Shown: positions 36,639-37,951 of the stretch, piece after piece
Position numbering within the stretch: the first letter of the stretch is position 1
Layout: every line of letters starts with the position of its first letter
Source of the DNA: Paraphysomonas bandaiensis
Lineage: Eukaryota > Protista > Chrysophyceae
Direction: 5' to 3'
DNA length: 37,951 bases
Assembly (NCBI GenBank): GCA_965644295.1
Contig: CBFFRP010000301.1
Span: 1 to 37,951 of the forward strand
Position numbers and translations under genes: made by a program
The notes under the pieces: model-generated
Told to the model about the DNA's origin: nothing
Databases searched by the model: none
The model's input: only the letters and a program-made list of their open reading frames with translations

Positions 36639-37951
36639 AGTTGTTATTGAACCCTGATATTCGTACAATGGAAATTTAGCACTAGTTTCAATTTAAGAAA
36701 ATTAACAGCAGTATATGTAACTAAAAACTGAAATGACATGACCATGCAAAGTACAATGTCATCAACATGTAAAATGTGCCTGGCGGAAGCATTTGCAAGA
36801 GCTGACATTACGTTACAGCTTTGTTGATTACAGTGTCTGTGTACACTATGATATACTGCTAGTGACTCATCCCTCTTTTCCCAGCATATCGGTGTTGAGG
36901 TCAAATATAATACAGTAACTATAGTTATCATTTTTACTTTTAGATCAAAAGTTTCTGTATTTATTTATGACATCGTTTGAAGGACTACTTGTTCTAAGGT
37001 TACTATTGTACTCATCTCAATACATGAAGTGCATAATGAACAGTGTATCTGTACTGAAAGCTAATGATTGTATGACGTGTAAGAGTTAAGAGTACAACAG
37101 AGATACATACTGTCAATCAGAACAAAATTTTAAATATATTTGATGCATCAAACATCATCTATCAAGTATCTGCTAAGATAATTAATCATCTATTTCTCTT
37201 TCCGGGCTTTCTTGCGACTACTTCCATCGACAATATCATCAATTCCAAAAAAGGATCATCCCGAAACCTTTTCAAACTGCACGGGGGCGGTTCGTCCTCC
37301 ACTCTCACCTGCCTCTTCTGCACCATTGAAATGATTAGCCAGCGAATAAAACAACAACATGACCTACCTGTGTATCAACATCGCCGTAGGTGTAACGCTT
37401 CATAGAAAGTGTGACACCAAACTACTGCAATAGATGATCTACACAAGAAATTAGACACTGCTGTGGCTGATATTCTAGAAGGCTTGAAAAAGATTTCAAC
37501 TGATACCCTTATACGAACTTCAGAGACTCTATCACGGATGCCTACATCGCCTACAGTCTTGCCTCCGATTACTTAAGGGCCTTCTTAAGGTCCATCTAAT
37601 ACTACGAGAAATGCTCTTCAATACATGAGAGTTAACATGCAGCGCATGCCCCATATATCCTTCATTCAATATAAAACTCTCGAAAAGTTATGCTTATCAA
37701 CTGTTATTATAGACTATTTTGATTATGAATTACATGATATTGAAGGAAAGAGGTACCCAATGGTGGACAACGTCAACAAACAGAAAAAACTTAATCGAGT
37801 ATATCAAAGGACTCAGCCTATTATACGATGACGAGAAAGGGTTTATTGCTGAGCCGAAGCCCTGTGTGGCAAGTAAGTCTACTTCTTACAGAGAATGGAA
37901 GAGTAATTTATAATGCCTAGCTGAAAAGGTTGAATTGTGTGTTATTGTTGA

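Noticed and set aside
37330-37951. Protein-like fragments at the right edge
   Set aside because: Many stops and no recognisable motif; possibly a decayed TE but not supportable.

Overview
Eukaryotic nuclear DNA with compact genes and tiny (about 45-55 nt) GT-AG introns; a stramenopile-like protist host is an inference. The left end (1-7.8 kb) is a retrotransposon nest. It holds a Ty3/Gypsy element on the minus strand whose gag and pol are in the same frame, separated by a single TGA in the TGA-CTAG readthrough context, with a CCCH rather than CCHC finger in Gag. It also holds a frameshifted unknown ORF and a decayed Ty1/Copia element carrying a 459-bp fold-back inverted duplication just downstream of the TFIIS gene. 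Host genes: TFIIS, a small membrane protein, a C2 + 2xTerD protein, a large F-box-containing kinase with a WNK-like lysine arrangement, an ankyrin/Pro-rich protein, a protein with three degenerate cupredoxin domains, and mitoribosomal mL40. Intergenic DNA holds long (CATA)n microsatellites, a cluster of three hairpins (11.85-12.6 kb), two copies of a SINE-like retroposon (one interrupted by a 5'-truncated LINE-like insert with the same 3' tail), an 89-bp hAT-type MITE and a 1.6-kb deleted hAT transposon. All calls are from manual reading; no database searches were run.
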